DNA of 63,994 nucleotides from Octopus sinensis (GCF_006345805.1 NC_043025.1:9982007-10046000), one strand, 5' to 3'. Counted from the first letter of the stretch, positions 1-14,190 are shown. The notes: generated by a model from the sequence alone, not told the origin. Numbers and translations: made by a program.

Positions 1-237
1 AATTTAATTAAAACAAAATTTTCCATTTGTATATTTGCAATAAATATATGTTATCGATAACCATAATACTGTTTAACCATCAATTAATTACAGATGTCAT
101 ATACTGATTAATATCCATTTTAAAAGATAGCATGACCAAGCAACCAGCAATGAGAATTATTAGTATTGACTGTTGACGATAATATGATTTACAACAAACT
201 GAGATTTATTTAGCAAGCAATGCTCTTTCATATTATA

Positions 238-748
238 CTAGCAGTATCGCCCGGCGTTGCTCGGGTTTGTAAGGGAAATAACTATATAAGCATTTTTAGA
301 GAGTTACTTCCCTTATAGATGCCAATTCGGGCTTTCTTAGCCATTTCTGTTTTGGTGTCTTCAAGCCATGAAGTCGTTGTTCTAAAAGAATGCTGGTCTC
401 CTTGACAATGCATTACGACGTTGATTTCTTTACACTCCCTTCCCCACAGCTTCACGAGGGAAGAAGGGGGAGAAGCAAACACAGGTGCAGGTGTTTGAGC
501 GTGGACGCCAACTCCGCCGCCATCGACACACAAAAAATTATGCATTAAAATGGAATAAAAAATGATGTTAAATTATTTTTAAAATCATAGACTCATCGTA
601 GACGCACGCTAATAGCCAGACGGGCTCGATATGAATCACAACTATAAGATACCCGAATTTGGTTAAGCTGCACCGCAAAATGTGGGAGTAGTTAGGAATC
701 TAAATCATAGGAGACAGACACTCACACAACTAGTTTTATATATATAGA
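238..748 (-). mobile_element. Non-autonomous Helitron
   Basis: Minus strand starts A|TCTATATATATAAAA (749|748) and ends ...CCCGAGCAACGCCGGGCGATACTGCTAG|T (238|237): 5'-TC, GC-rich subterminal hairpin, 3'-CTAG, A|T target, no TSD. Confidence 0.8.
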
Positions 749-769
749 TATGTGTGTCTGTGAGCCTCT

Positions 770-2800
770 ACCCTCTCTTCAGCAACACCACCACCACCAC
801 CAATATCTTCTGCTCCCTCCTCTCCCCGCTCTTCACCACCACCCACCACCAATATCTTCTCCTGGCCATCACTCCCCTCCCTCTCTCTCTCTCTCCACTC
901 TCTTCACCAGCCACACCACCACCACCAATACCTTCTCCTGGCCATCACTCTCTCCTCTCCCCCTCTCTTTTTCTCTCCCTTCTCTTCACCAGCCACACCA
1001 CCACCAATATCTTCTACTGACCATCACTCTCTCCTCCCCCCTCTCTCTGTAAATCCTCTCTTCATCACCACCACCAATACCTTCTCCTGGCCATCACTCC
1101 CTCCTCTCCTCTCTCTCTCTCTGTATCTCTCCTCTCTTCACCACCACCACCACCAATACCTTCTGCTGGCCATCATTCCCTCCTCTCCCTCTCTTTCTCC
1201 CCGCTCTTCACCATGTCCACCACCACCACCAATACCTTCTCCTGGCCATCACTCCCTCCTCTCCCCTCTATCTCTCTCTCTCTCTCTCTCTCTCTGTATC
1301 TCTCCTCTCTTCACCACCAACCCCAATACCTTCTCCTGGCCATCACTCCCTCCTCTCCCCTCTATCTCTCTCTCTCTCTCTCTGTATCTCTCCTCTCTTC
1401 ACCACCACCCCCAATACCTTCTCCTGGCCATCACTCCCTCCTCTCCCCTCTATCTCTCTGTATCTCTCCTCTCTTCACCACCACCACCAATACCTTCTCC
1501 TGGCCATCACTCCCTCCTCTCCCCTCTATCTCTCTGTATCTCTCCTCTCTTCACCACCACCCCCAATACCTTCTCCTGGCCATCACTCCCTCCTCTCCCC
1601 TCTATCTATCTGTATCTCTCCTCTCTTCACCACCACCACCAATACCTTCTCCTGGCCATCACTCCCTCCTCTCCCCTCTATCTCTCTGTATCTCTCCTCT
1701 CTTCACCACCACCACCAATACCTTCTGCTGACCATCAATCCCTACTCTCCCTCTATCTATCTGTATCTCTCCTCTCTCACCACCACCACCCAATACCTTC
1801 TCCTGGCCATCACTCCCTCCTCTCCCCTCTATATCTCTGTATCTCTCCTCTTCATCACCACCCCCAATACCTGCTGCTGACCATCACTCCCTCCTCTCCC
1901 CTCTCTCTCGCTCTCTCTCTGTATCTCTCCTCTCTTCACACCACCACCACCCCCAACTACCTTCTGCTGACCATTCACTCCATCCATCTCCCTCTCTCTA
2001 TCTCTCTCTCTCTCGGTATTCTCTCTCTTCACCACCACCACCACCACCAATACTTCTGCTGACATCACTCCCTCTCTCCCCTCTCTCTCTCTCTCTTCTG
2101 TATCTCCTCTCTTCACCACCACCACCACCACCAATACCTTCTGCTGACCATCACTCCCTCCTCTCCCCTCTCTCTCTCTCTCTCTCTGTATCTCTCCTCT
2201 CTTCACCACCACCACCCCCAATACCTTCTGCTGACCATCACTCCCTCCTCTCCCCTCTATCTCTCTCTCTCTCTGTATCTCTCCTCTCTTCACCACCACC
2301 ACCCCCAATACCTTCTGCTGACCATCACTCCCTCCTCTCCCCTCTCTCTCTCTCTCTCTCTGTATCTCTTCTCTTCACCACCAACCCCCCAATACCTTCT
2401 GCTGACCATCAATCCCTCCTCTCCCTCTATCTCTCTCTCTCTCTGTATCTCTCCTCTCTTCACCACCACCACCACCACCACCACCAATACCTTCTGCTGA
2501 CCATCACTCCCTCCTCTCCCCTCTATCTCTCTCTCTCTCTGTATCTCTCCTCTCTTCACCACCACCACCACCACCAATACCTTCTGCTGACCATCACTCC
2601 CTCCTCTCCCCTCTATCTCTCCTCTCTTCACCACCACCACCACCACCAATACCTTCTGCTGACCATCACTCCCTCCTCTCCCCTCTATCTCTCTCTCTCT
2701 CTGTATCTCTCCTCTCTTCACCACCACCACCCCCAATACCTTCTGCTGACCATCACTCCCCCCTCTCCCTTCCCCTTTCTCTATCTCCACTCCCTACTAT
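770..2800. repeat. Compound minisatellite, about 60-80 bp unit with embedded (CAC)n and (CT)n
   Basis: Roughly 30 copies of (cac)n-caataccttct(c/g)ctg(g/a)ccatcactccctcctctcccctct-(ct)n-gtatctctcctctctt. Confidence 0.9.
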
Positions 2801-3112
2801 CTCTGCCACACCACCACCACCACCACCACCACCACCACCACCACCACCACCACCTTACCCTATCCCTACCACCAAAAATGCTGGAATTTTTTTTCTTTCT
2901 TTTTTCCCGATCCTTGCGGCAATCGAACTTATTGAACTCGCTTACAAACTGTCAAAGAGAATTTGAACCGAATATCGAACGCCACCCCCACCCCGACAAA
3001 CCATCCACCCCTCACCACCGACACTTCTCTCTCTCTCTCTGTCCCTCCCCCCTCCGCTCCTTCATCGATCTCCCACGTCTGAGAGGTACCCTCTTTTGCA
3101 AAGTATGTCACA

Positions 3113-3708
3113 GTTGCTGTTGTTGTTGTTGTTGCTGTTGTTGTTGTTGTTGTTGTTGCTTTTGATGCTGTTGTCATTACTACGACGACTTGATGTTGTT
3201 GTTGTTGCTCTTCTACCCATTATTGTTGTTGTTGTTGTTATAGCAGTTATTGTTGCCTTTGATGTTGTAATTATTACTATCATTATTATTATTATTATTA
3301 TTATTATTGTTATTATTATTATTATCATTATTATTATTATCATTATTATTATTATTTTTGTTATTACTGTTATTACTATAATCATCATCATTATCACCAT
3401 GGTCATCATCAATGTAAATTTTGTTGTAGTTATTAATATTATCATCATTATTATTATTATTATTATCATTATTATTATTATTATTATTATTATTAATATT
3501 ATTATTACTATCATTATTATCATTGTTATTTTTGCTATTATATGTGTTATTATTGTTATTACTATAATCATCATCATCGTCATCATCACTATCATCATCA
3601 TCACCATGGTCATCGTCAATGTAAATTTTGTTGTAGTTATTAATATTATCATCATCATCATTATTATTATTATTATTATTATTATCATTATTATTATCAT
3701 TATTATTA

Positions 3709-3743
<35 letters not shown>

Positions 3744-3920
3744 TTTGTTATTATTAATATCATTAATATTATTATTATATTATATTATTATTATTATTAT
3801 ATTATTATTATTATCATCATTAGCATTATTTCTGTTGTTCCTGCTGATGCAGCTGTTGTTACTTTTGATGTTGTTTCTGTTGATATTTCTTTTGATGTTG
3901 TTGTTGTTGTTGTAGTTATA
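3113..3920. repeat. (TTG)n/(ATT)n/(ATC)n microsatellite block
   Basis: Direct reading; a segment caccatggtcatc(a/g)tcaatgtaaattttgttgtag is duplicated near 3394 and 3602. Confidence 0.95.
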
Positions 3921-4372
3921 ATGTCTACCTATGTTCTATGTTCCTACAGTACTCCAAATATTGCTGTCGCCTCCAACCACCACCAGCGATAACAACGCCA
4001 CCACAACCACCACCACCACCACCACCACAACAACAGAAACAACAACAACATACGCCACTACAGCCATACCATGCGCCTCCCTGTCTCCCCCTGTACCCAC
4101 TACACCTGCCACTCATGGTCACCGCTTTCAGCTACGACAATCTCTATTGATCTAATACCAATCCTTCTTCCCCCACTCTCTCTCTCTGTCTATATATCCT
4201 TCTTTCTTTTCTTTCTCTTTCCCTCCCACCATCACCTCTTTTATTTCTGTGTTGTTTAGATTGTTTACAAAACTCCTAGGTGTATATGATGTATATGCAT
4301 ATATACATATACAACATACCAATATACAACCTACATACATACACACATATTTCATGTATGCATATATATATA

Positions 4373-4403
<31 letters not shown>

Positions 4404-4452
4404 CAGACACATTACATACATATATTATGTATGTATGAGAATGTATACATAA

Positions 4453-4485
<33 letters not shown>

Positions 4486-4589
4486 ATATATAGTATATAT
4501 ATATATATGTATGTATAAATATGTACATATAAACACACCACCACATACATAACTATATGTAAGCAAATGTATATATAATACAGACATAC

Positions 4590-4634
<45 letters not shown>

Positions 4635-5000
4635 CACACACACACATATATATATACACACACACATATACATATACATACATGCATATATATATATATA
4701 TTATATATATATTATATATATATATAGATAGATAGATAGATAGTTACACATACATACACACATCTATACATACATATACATATAAATCTACATAACATAT
4801 GTATTTTATTGACACTTGTTTAACTGAAGAAAAATGTTTTCATATTTAGTACTCAATACAAAATATAAGTGAAGAATCTAATTTTTGTTTTCTCTTACAG
4901 TTTGCACAAGAAATGCTTCAATTTTTGGCCACTTTTTTTCAGGTGCACCTTGTTTTAAAACTGTACAATGATCAATACAACTGCACTACAAACATTTAAA

Positions 5001-5034
<34 letters not shown>

Positions 5035-5035
5035 C

Positions 5036-5237
5036 CAGTGTTATCCAAAGGAAAGGCAAAGGGGCGAATACAGCTTGGCACCTGTGACATCACAATTCAT
5101 TTCTACAGCTGAGTGAACTGGAGCAAAGTGAAATAAAGTGTCTTGCTCAAGAACACAACATGCAGCCCGGTCTGGGATTCGAACTCACAACCTCACAATC
5201 ATAAGCTTAATGCTCTAACCACTGAGCCATGCGCCTT

Positions 5238-5240
<3 letters not shown>
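5036..5240 (-). mobile_element. tRNA-derived SINE, family E
   Basis: Minus strand gtgaaggcgcatggctcagtggttagagc (A box)...gagttcgaatccc (B box) followed by a CORE-like ttcttgagcaagacactt; a related head lies at 35166-35280. Confidence 0.75.
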
Positions 5241-5276
<36 letters not shown>

Positions 5277-5280
<4 letters not shown>

Positions 5281-5504
5281 TTTACTACCCAATAGGGGCT
5301 ATACATAGAGGAGACAAACAAGGACAGACAAAGGGATTAAGTCGATTACATCGACCCAGTGCGAAACTGGTACTTTATTTATCAACCCCAAGAGGATGAA
5401 AGGCAAAGTCGACCTTGGTGGAATTTAAACTCAAAACACAACGACAGACGAAATACCACTAAGCATTTCGCCCGGCGTGCTAACGATTCTACCAGCTCAC
5501 CACC
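5277..5504 (-). mobile_element. tRNA-derived SINE, family B monomer with head
   Basis: Head (g)gtggtgagctggtagaatcgttagcacgccgggcgaaatgcttag, B box gagtttaaattcc, body gtcgactttgcctttcatcc, tail gggtagtaaag. Confidence 0.8.
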
Positions 5505-5551
5505 TTAAAATATATATATATGTGTGTGTGTGTATGTAGGTATATGTATAA

Positions 5552-5919
5552 TCCTTTGGACTGTGGCCATGCTGGAGCACCGCCTTTAGTCAAGCAAATC
5601 GACCCCAGGACTTATTCTTTGTAAGCCTAGTACTTATTTTATCGATCGCTTTTGCCAAACTGCTAAGTTATGGGGGCATAAACATACCAGCATTGGTTGT
5701 CAAACAATGGTGGAGGAATGAACACAGACATACAAGCACACACACACACGCACACACGATGGACTTCTTTCAGTTTCCACCTACCGAATCCACTCACAAG
5801 GGATTGGTCAACCTGAGGCTATAGCAGAAGGCACTTGCCCAAGGTTCCACGCAGTGGGACTGAACCCCAAACCACATGGTTAGGAAGCAAGCTTCTTACC
5901 GCACAGCCACATCTGCACC
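5552..5919 (-). mobile_element. tRNA-derived SINE, family A (CORE-like, internal microsatellite)
   Basis: Reverse complement of the family seen at 32619-33023: head gtggctgtg(t/c)ggtaag...ggggttcagtcccactgcgtgg, then ccttgggcaagtg. Confidence 0.85.
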
Positions 5920-5920
5920 T

Positions 5921-5969
<49 letters not shown>

Positions 5970-6008
5970 ACACACAACACATAATACAACATATATATTA
6001 CATGCTTT

Positions 6009-6042
<34 letters not shown>

Positions 6043-6834
6043 ATATATACATAGAGATACACACATACACATGCATGTGTATACACAAACACATATATAG
6101 GAGCCAAACAGATTGAGGAATGAGGGAGAGAGAGAAAGAAAGAGAGATAAAGGAGGTATATGTCTTGAAGTGTCATTAACTTCCTGTTTTAATTAATCTC
6201 AAGGCAGCAATTAATACTTACCCACCCCCACCCCACCAATCACTGCACCATCACTCATACATACCCACACACTCTTACACCCACCACACACACACACGTA
6301 CACATGCTCGCATTTCCTGTTCTTTAATATAATTACCAAGACCACGACTACCACCTGCATTCCATCATCCACTGGCGTCACCACTATATATAACAACTCT
6401 ACTATGAATACAACGGCCACGCCCCCACCTTCACTCCGACCCCACCCTCACTCCCACCACTATCAACACCACCAAAACTATCACCACCACCACCACCACC
6501 ACCAAAACTCCCACAAGCAGCATTGTCGTGACCACTACCACCACCACCACCATCACTCCAACCATTGGCAATACCTTATCACTTCCACCGCTAACACACA
6601 ACTACCACCGATGTCATCACCACCAAATACCACAGTCAGAGAAGTGCACAATGAAGATTAAGATACTAAAAGAAGAAACTAAATAAACTTTAAAGCTTTC
6701 ATGAGGAAACCTTTTATGAAAAGGAAGAGAAAGTAATAAGAGAGGTGAGAGAAAAATATGTACCATAACTAATTTAAGAATTCTGCTAACATGGTATATA
6801 TAAACAAATATCTTGTGCATATATATAAATCTGG

Positions 6835-7217
6835 GGAGGCGCAATGGCCCAGTGGTTAGGGCAGCAGACTCGCAGTCGTAGGATCGCGGTTTCGATTCCC
6901 AGACCGGGCGTTGTGAGTGTTTATTGAGCAAAAACACCTAAAAGCTCCACGAGGCTCCGGCAGGGGATGGTGGTGATCCCTGCTGTACTCTTTCACCCAC
7001 ACTTTCTCTCACTCTTACTTCCTTTCTGTTGTACCTGTATTTCAAAGGGCGGCCTTGTCACTCTCTGTGTCACGCTGAATATCCCCGAGAACTACGTTAA
7101 GGGTACACGTGTCTGTGGAGTGCTCAGCCACTTACACGTTAATTTCATGAGCAGGCTGTTCCGTTGATTCGGATCAACCGGAACCCTCGTCGTCGTAACC
7201 GACGGAGTGCTTCCTCC
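6835..7217 (+). mobile_element. tRNA-derived SINE, family D, full length with 13-bp TSD
   Basis: A box tggcccagtggttag, B box ggtttcgattccc; flanked by tatataaatctgg at 6822-6834 and 7218-7230. Confidence 0.9.
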
Positions 7218-7248
7218 TATATAAATCTGGATACTACTACAACTGTTT

Positions 7249-7279
<31 letters not shown>

Positions 7280-7624
7280 AGCTTCTATTACTACAGATGC
7301 TGATGCTGCTACTACTAAAACTATCAATACTGCCACAAATAGCATCAACATCACCACCATTCCCCCATCACCAACCAACACAGTCCCCACTGACATATCC
7401 ATCACCTCAACATCCAAAAACATAACAACCCCTATTCTGTGTGTATGTTTGTGTGTGTGTGTGTGTGGTTAAAATCCACAGAAATAACTCAAGTAAGCTT
7501 ATGAGGAGAAGAAGAAACAAATAATGAAAACACAAAGTGAAACAAGTAAAAGTACTTGCTGGATTAAGCGTAGAAATATAAAGCAAAATCTACAACAGTC
7601 AAAGCAGTGCAAAATTAAGCTTAA

Positions 7625-7797
7625 TATACTAAAAGAAAATAACTAAAGAGATTTAAAAGCTTTCGTGGGGATACCCTTTATGAAAGCGAAGAGAAAGCAT
7701 TAAGAGAAGTAGGAGAAAGATATGTACCATAGCAAATTTAAGAAATCTGTTAACATGGTATATGTAAACAGATATCTTGTATGTATATATAAATCTG
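7625..7797 (+). repeat. Diverged local duplicate of 6660-6834 lacking the SINE
   Basis: Both copies read ...aaagctttc...atatgtaccata...ttaagaa...aacatggtatat.taaaca.atatcttgt...tatataaatctg. Confidence 0.75.
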
Positions 7798-7888
7798 AAG
7801 TGCATTATACATGGATATATGTATGTATGTATGTATGTACATGTGTATGTATATATTATGAGCAACCTTTCACTTTTTTAGGTATCTG

Positions 7889-8127
7889 TTTTAGGTATCT
7901 GGGATTCAACGTATATCAACGCATTCATAAATATGTATATACATACACACAGATGCATACACTTGCATATACACACGTACACACACACACACTCTCACAC
8001 ATATATTTCTTCTTTGCAGTATTCAATTTGTTATTTTCTACCTTTATATTCAAATGTATATATGTACATTATGTGTTTGAGTATATGTATGTACATACGT
8101 ATGTTAGTATGTATGTACATTTGCATG

Positions 8128-8170
<43 letters not shown>

Positions 8171-8397
8171 AATATTAGGGAATAAATCCAAATTTACAGG
8201 GAAAAAAATCAGATTTAGGATTAAATCCAATTTTATAGTAAAATATTATAAAATATTATTATTTAGGTATCTGGGATTCAACGTATATCAACGCATTCAT
8301 AAATATGTATATACATACACACAGATGCATACACTTGCATATACACACGTACACACACACACACTCTCACACATATATTTCTTCTTTGCAGTATTCA
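7889..8397 (+). repeat. Near-identical ~135-bp direct duplication (7889-8025, 8262-8397) enclosing a dispersed-repeat fragment (8170-8262)
   Basis: tttaggtatctgggattcaacg...ttctttgcagtattca occurs twice; aatattaggga(a/g)taaatccaaa(t/c)ttacagggaaaaa recurs at about 52645-52720. Confidence 0.8.
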
Positions 8398-8482
8398 CAT
8401 ACACCACACATACACATACTCTCAAGCAGTATGCAACACAGGTACATATAATTTCATAATTTGAAACTGACTTATTGGAAGT

Positions 8483-8525
8483 CCACCTGAAGATTGTCGA
8501 TCAAGACAAGAAACGATTGTAGTGG
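8483..8525 (+). ncRNA. Minimal type I hammerhead ribozyme motif (Penelope-like element remnant)
   Basis: ccac / CTGAAGA / ttgtc-gatcaa-gacaa (perfect 5-bp stem II) / GAAA-C-gatt-GTA / gtgg. All core nucleotides present; GUA cleavage triplet; 4-bp stem I. Confidence 0.75.
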
Positions 8526-8618
8526 CGGTTTTTTTGACTATTTATTAAAATTTTATGTATTGATTAAGTCTTTCCTTGTTTGTTTTGCAAAATAGTGGTT
8601 TTGTCTCTAATAATATTT

Positions 8619-8649
<31 letters not shown>

Positions 8650-8739
8650 GTACATATATATATATGTCAGTCCCCCATGTATGTTTTGTAGTATTTAACA
8701 CATTTTTCATTTATTATATACATCTCTTATGATGATATA

Positions 8740-8788
<49 letters not shown>

Positions 8789-9239
8789 TATATTATATAA
8801 TAATATATATAATATATTATATAATATATATATATATAATATATATATATAATAATAAATATATATATATAATATATATATGTATGTATATATAATATAT
8901 ATTAATATATATTGTGTGTAAGATATATTATTTTAATGTTTGTGTGTATATACACAATATACATGACCTAGCATACAATACGAAGATACACATTCACACA
9001 CCACACATACACATACTCTCAAGCAGTATGCAACACAGGTACATATAAACTATACATGCATACCACTATACATACATACATAGACACGCATACATATATG
9101 CATACACACATACGCGTACATACATACAGTACAAACAGAACGTGGTGTGAGAGGATATCAAATAAATAAATAAATAATAAATACCAGAAAAATTGCGAAA
9201 TGTGGACATTTTCCCACGATAACCACCGTTACTGCTATC

Positions 9240-10209
9240 ACCTATACTACTATAACTGCTACCACTATACCACTAACATACTACTACTACTACTACTACT
9301 ACTACTGCTACTAATAATAATAATAATAATAATAATGATAATAATAATAATAATAATAATGCTATCACTACCACTACTTCTACACCTACTACTACTACTA
9401 CTAACACTCATACTAGTACTGACACTACTACTACTACTAATACTACTACTACTACTACCACCACCACAACCACTACTACTACTACTACTACTACTAACAC
9501 TAATACTAGTACTAACACAACTAATACTACTAATACTACAGCTACTACTACAACCACCACAACCACTACTACCCCAACCACAACAACCACAACTACTACT
9601 ACTACTACATCAGCCATCACCTTTACCACCAATCTTACCACTACTACTACCACTGTAGCCACTACCTCTCCGCCCCCTAACCAGACAGTCCAGATGCCCT
9701 TCTCTCCTACTCCTCCTACTTGCAGGTCATTATAGAATGTGGAAAGGCTGTGTTGCTTAGCAACCCATCAACCAGAAGACACTTGAATGTTCAACAAAAG
9801 CAGGACATCACCACCACCAACACCAACACCTACAGCAACAATAACATCAAGAATGCCAATACCACCACGACCACCACCACCATAAGTACAAGCACTGCAA
9901 TCACCACTACCACCACCACCAGCTACAATATTAATAATCATAACAGCAATATTGGTGATGATGATGATGATGATGAAGATGGTGATGATTGTGGTGGTGG
10001 TGGTGGTGGTGGTGGTGATGATGATGATAATGATGATGATGATGATGATGGTGATGATGATGGTGATGATGATGACGGTGGTGGTGATGATGATGACGGT
10101 GATGATGATGATGATGATGATTATGATGATGATGATGATTATGATGATGATGATGATGATGATGATGATGGTGATAATGATGATGATGATGATGATGATG
10201 ATGGTGATA

Positions 10210-10260
<51 letters not shown>

Positions 10261-10278
10261 ATGATGATGATGATGATT

Positions 10279-10320
<42 letters not shown>

Positions 10321-10456
10321 GTGATGGTGATAATGATGATGATAGTGATGATGATGATGACGGTGATGATGATGATGATGATGATGATGATGGTGATGAT
10401 GGTGATGATGATGATGATGGTGATGATGGTGATGATGATGATGGTGATGATGATGG

Positions 10457-10507
<51 letters not shown>

Positions 10508-11440
10508 CGATGGTGATGATGACGATGATAATTTTAATATTAATAACAGAAATATCAACAACAACAACAATAATAATGATGATGATGATGATGATGGTAA
10601 GAAAAACCACAACATTAACAGCTACAGCCACCACACCACCACCACCACCGCAAACAACAACAACAGCAAAAGCAAAAGCAACAAAATGATAACCAAACAA
10701 ATATTCAACAATAACAACCACAACAACATTTTTTCGATATGTTTTTCCAATTCAAAAACTGCAGGGAGTTGTCTGGAATGGTGGAGGAGGAGGAAGTAGC
10801 ATGGAAGATTTTCGTCTGCTAATTCTAACAGGTCACACAACCAGAGAGAGAGAGAGGTCTGTCTCACTGTCTTGGTGGTGGTGGCAGTGGTGGTTGCGGT
10901 GGTGGTGGTAGTTATGGTGGTGGTGGTAGTTGAGGTGGTGGTGGTGGTGGTGGTGGTGGTTGTGGTAGTTGTGGTGGTGGTGGTGTGGTGGTGGTGGTGG
11001 TGGTTTTGGTAGTTGTGGTGGTGGTGGTTGTTGTTGTTGTGGTGGTGGTGGTGGTTGAGGTGGTGATGGTGCTTGTGGTAGTTATGGTGGTGATGGCAGT
11101 TGTGGTGGTGACGGTGGTGGTGGCGGATGGTGGTGGCAGTGGTGGTGTTGTCATTGGCGTTGGTGATGGTTTTGGAAATTGAAGTGGTTGTGATAGATAT
11201 GGTGGTAGTTGTGATGGTAGTGGTGGTGGTGGTGGTGATGGTAATAATAGCAGTGATGAAGATGATGATGATGATGATGATAATGATGATGAGGATGATG
11301 ATGAGGATGATGATGAGGATGATGATAATAACAGTGATGATGGGAATGCTGATGATGGTGGTGGTCGTGGTGGTGTTGTTAATTATAATGACAATAACAG
11401 CAATGACGATGATGATGTAATGATGATGATGATGATGACA
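9240..11440. repeat. Trinucleotide microsatellite complex (CTA, ATA, CAC, GAT, GGT)
   Basis: Direct reading; source of the poly-Asp, poly-Met and poly-Ile ORFs in the track. Confidence 0.95.
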
Positions 11441-11639
11441 ATTATGACACTCCTTCACTTGACTCATAAAAGTTAAGGGAGGGACGTAGTTTTTTTCCCC
11501 TTTTGTTGCAAGCAGCAAGCGCCAAAATGCTTCCAGTTGCTGCCATGATGTAAGCAGACACTCCCAAACAACAAGACGCCACTTACAACACTATCCTAAC
11601 AGCACTATCTAAGCCATACTCTCTGAATACATCCACAAT

Positions 11640-12125
11640 GTTCCTGAATATCGTCCAGGTACATCTAAAACATTGCAGGGTACCACTCAGGTACATCTAC
11701 AAGCAACATCTCAGAACACTGTCCAGACACATCTACAACATCCCAGGAGACTCTTTAGACACATCTACAACATCCCAGAATACTCTTCATATACATGCAC
11801 AATATACTCTTCAAATATATATACAATATCCCAGAATTCTGTCCATAGACATCTACAGCATCCCAGAATACTCTTCAAATACACCTACAGCATCCCAGAA
11901 TGCATATCAGATACATGTACATCTTAGGATTCTATCCAGGTACCTCAGCAACATCTCAGAATACTTATCAGATAAATACACAACATCCCAGGATACTGTT
12001 GAGACACATCTTCAACATCCCAGGATACCATTGAGACACATCTTCAACATCCCAGGAGACTCTTGAGACACATCTTCAATATCCTATGATACTGTCCAGG
12101 GACATACATCTACACCACTCCAAAA
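11640..12125. repeat. Degenerate ~33-bp minisatellite
   Basis: Recurring gacacatct(a/t)caacatcccagga(g/t)ac unit, about 14 copies. Confidence 0.75.
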
Positions 12126-12299
12126 CACTATTACAAATCTTTAATCACAAAGACATGATGGTTAAATCTCTTCTTGGATAATTCAGCAGTTTACCGCAAA
12201 TGGTCTCGTATATATTTCCCCATTACAAGAGAGGCAAGAGAGAAGTACAGAGGTAGAACCGACACAGCACATGGCAAAAAAACCTTGCAGTGTTTAGTT

Positions 12300-12455
12300 A
12301 TAATTCTACGTTCTGAGTTCAACTCCTACCAAGCTAGACTTAGCATTCCATCCTCTTAGTGTTAATAAAACAGAAAACAAGTGAAATATTGTGATCAGTA
12401 TTATTGACTAACCCTGCTTCATAAAATTGATGACCTTGTCCCTAAGTTAGAAGAT
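12300..12455 (+). mobile_element. Old diverged SINE, family B-related
   Basis: acgttctgagttcaactcc B-box segment followed by a degenerate ttagcattccatcctcttagtgttaataaaa body. Confidence 0.5.
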
Positions 12456-12685
12456 AGAAGCTCTCCATTATCAGGAAAAGCACTATAGATGTGTTCACAT
12501 ATTTTGTAAAGTAGGTATACCTTTTTATCCCACCTATCTCTCTCCTCTCCCTTTCTTATGCCTCATGAGATGCCCCTGCGGCATCATAAATAAATCTTGG
12601 ACTTAAATGGTTTTGATTGACTGTCAGATGACTTTTGGCCAACCCTATACATATATAAATATATATATATATATATATACATATA

Positions 12686-12732
<47 letters not shown>

Positions 12733-12733
12733 C

Positions 12734-12798
<65 letters not shown>

Positions 12799-12802
12799 AT
12801 AC

Positions 12803-12836
<34 letters not shown>

Positions 12837-12885
12837 GATAGATAGATGGATAGATATATACATACAGATACATACATACATACAC

Positions 12886-12918
<33 letters not shown>

Positions 12919-13229
12919 CATACACACATACATTCATACATACATACATAACTATATATCTTTATATATAAATGTGGATTGTCTGTGTGTTTTGCATTTA
13001 GAAACTACGTCTTATATGTCATTAGTTGCCAGCTCCTACATAAGTTTGTATAACATTTATTTCGAGAAACTATAGCAAAGTTTCTCTTGTGTTCCACCCT
13101 TCAGCCTGTCAATGAAGAAAGGCAGAAAGTTGAAATGGAACGGTATGAACCAAAGAGGAGAAACACCTGAAGCTGGAAGGAAGTGATGGGCGGAGTAAAA
13201 GAAAGAGCCTAAACTTCTAGGATGTGTCT

Positions 13230-13422
13230 GTGTGACATCAAACTCTTTGTTTTTCTTACTCCTTTGATCTCCCTTTAATCTTTCTCTCAGTCAGTGTCTC
13301 TCGTTAGCATGGTGGAATATAAGAAGAAATAGAGAAGGAGAAACTTACACGAAGAGAGACAGAGAGTACTGAATAAATAGATAGACTGATAGACAGATAG
13401 AGATATATAGACAAATAGACAG

Positions 13423-13498
<76 letters not shown>

Positions 13499-13500
13499 TG

Positions 13501-13539
<39 letters not shown>

Positions 13540-13617
13540 ATAGGTAGGTAGAGATAGATAGATAGAGAGAATGATAGATAGATATAGATAGATAGATAGG
13601 TAGATAGATAGATAGCT

Positions 13618-13672
<55 letters not shown>

Positions 13673-14159
13673 TAGAGATAGATAGATAGATAGTTAGGTA
13701 GGTAGATAGATAGATAGACATATATAAACAAATAGACAGTTAGTTATACAGCTAGACAGATAGATAGATAAATAAATAGGTAGGTAGATAGGTAGGTAGG
13801 TAGGTAGGTAGGTAAGTAGGTAGGTAGGTAGGTAGGTAGGTAGGTAGGTAGAGGTAGATCGACAGGTATCTAGAGAGAGTAGGGAAAGAATGTGATGGTG
13901 ATGATGGCAGTGATTTGGAAATCGAAAAGCAGTATTTGCAAAGTGTACTAATGCACAAAGTTGGCAGTGGAAGTTAAAGAAAGCTTCTAAATTACATTTG
14001 TGGAACATCAAACTCTTTGTTTTCCTTCCTACTTCAGTCTCTCTTTAATATTTCTTTCTTCCTCTTCCTGTCTTTCTCCAGAATAATGGAACAAAAAGTT
14101 ACAGGAAATGGGAGACATGCATGAAGATAGATAAAATAGATAGACAGATAGATGGGGAC

Positions 14160-14190
<31 letters not shown>

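Noticed and set aside
282-545. 87-aa ORF inside the first Helitron
   Set aside because: No Rep or helicase motifs recognised; length is within chance expectation.
2870-3110. CpG-containing unique island, possible promoter or exon
   Set aside because: Too short and lacking splice, ORF or motif support.
9720-10799. 359-aa Asp-rich ORF, tempting as an acidic biomineralisation protein
   Set aside because: Pure (GAT)n/(CAC)n microsatellite that is open in several frames on both strands; no non-repetitive coding context.
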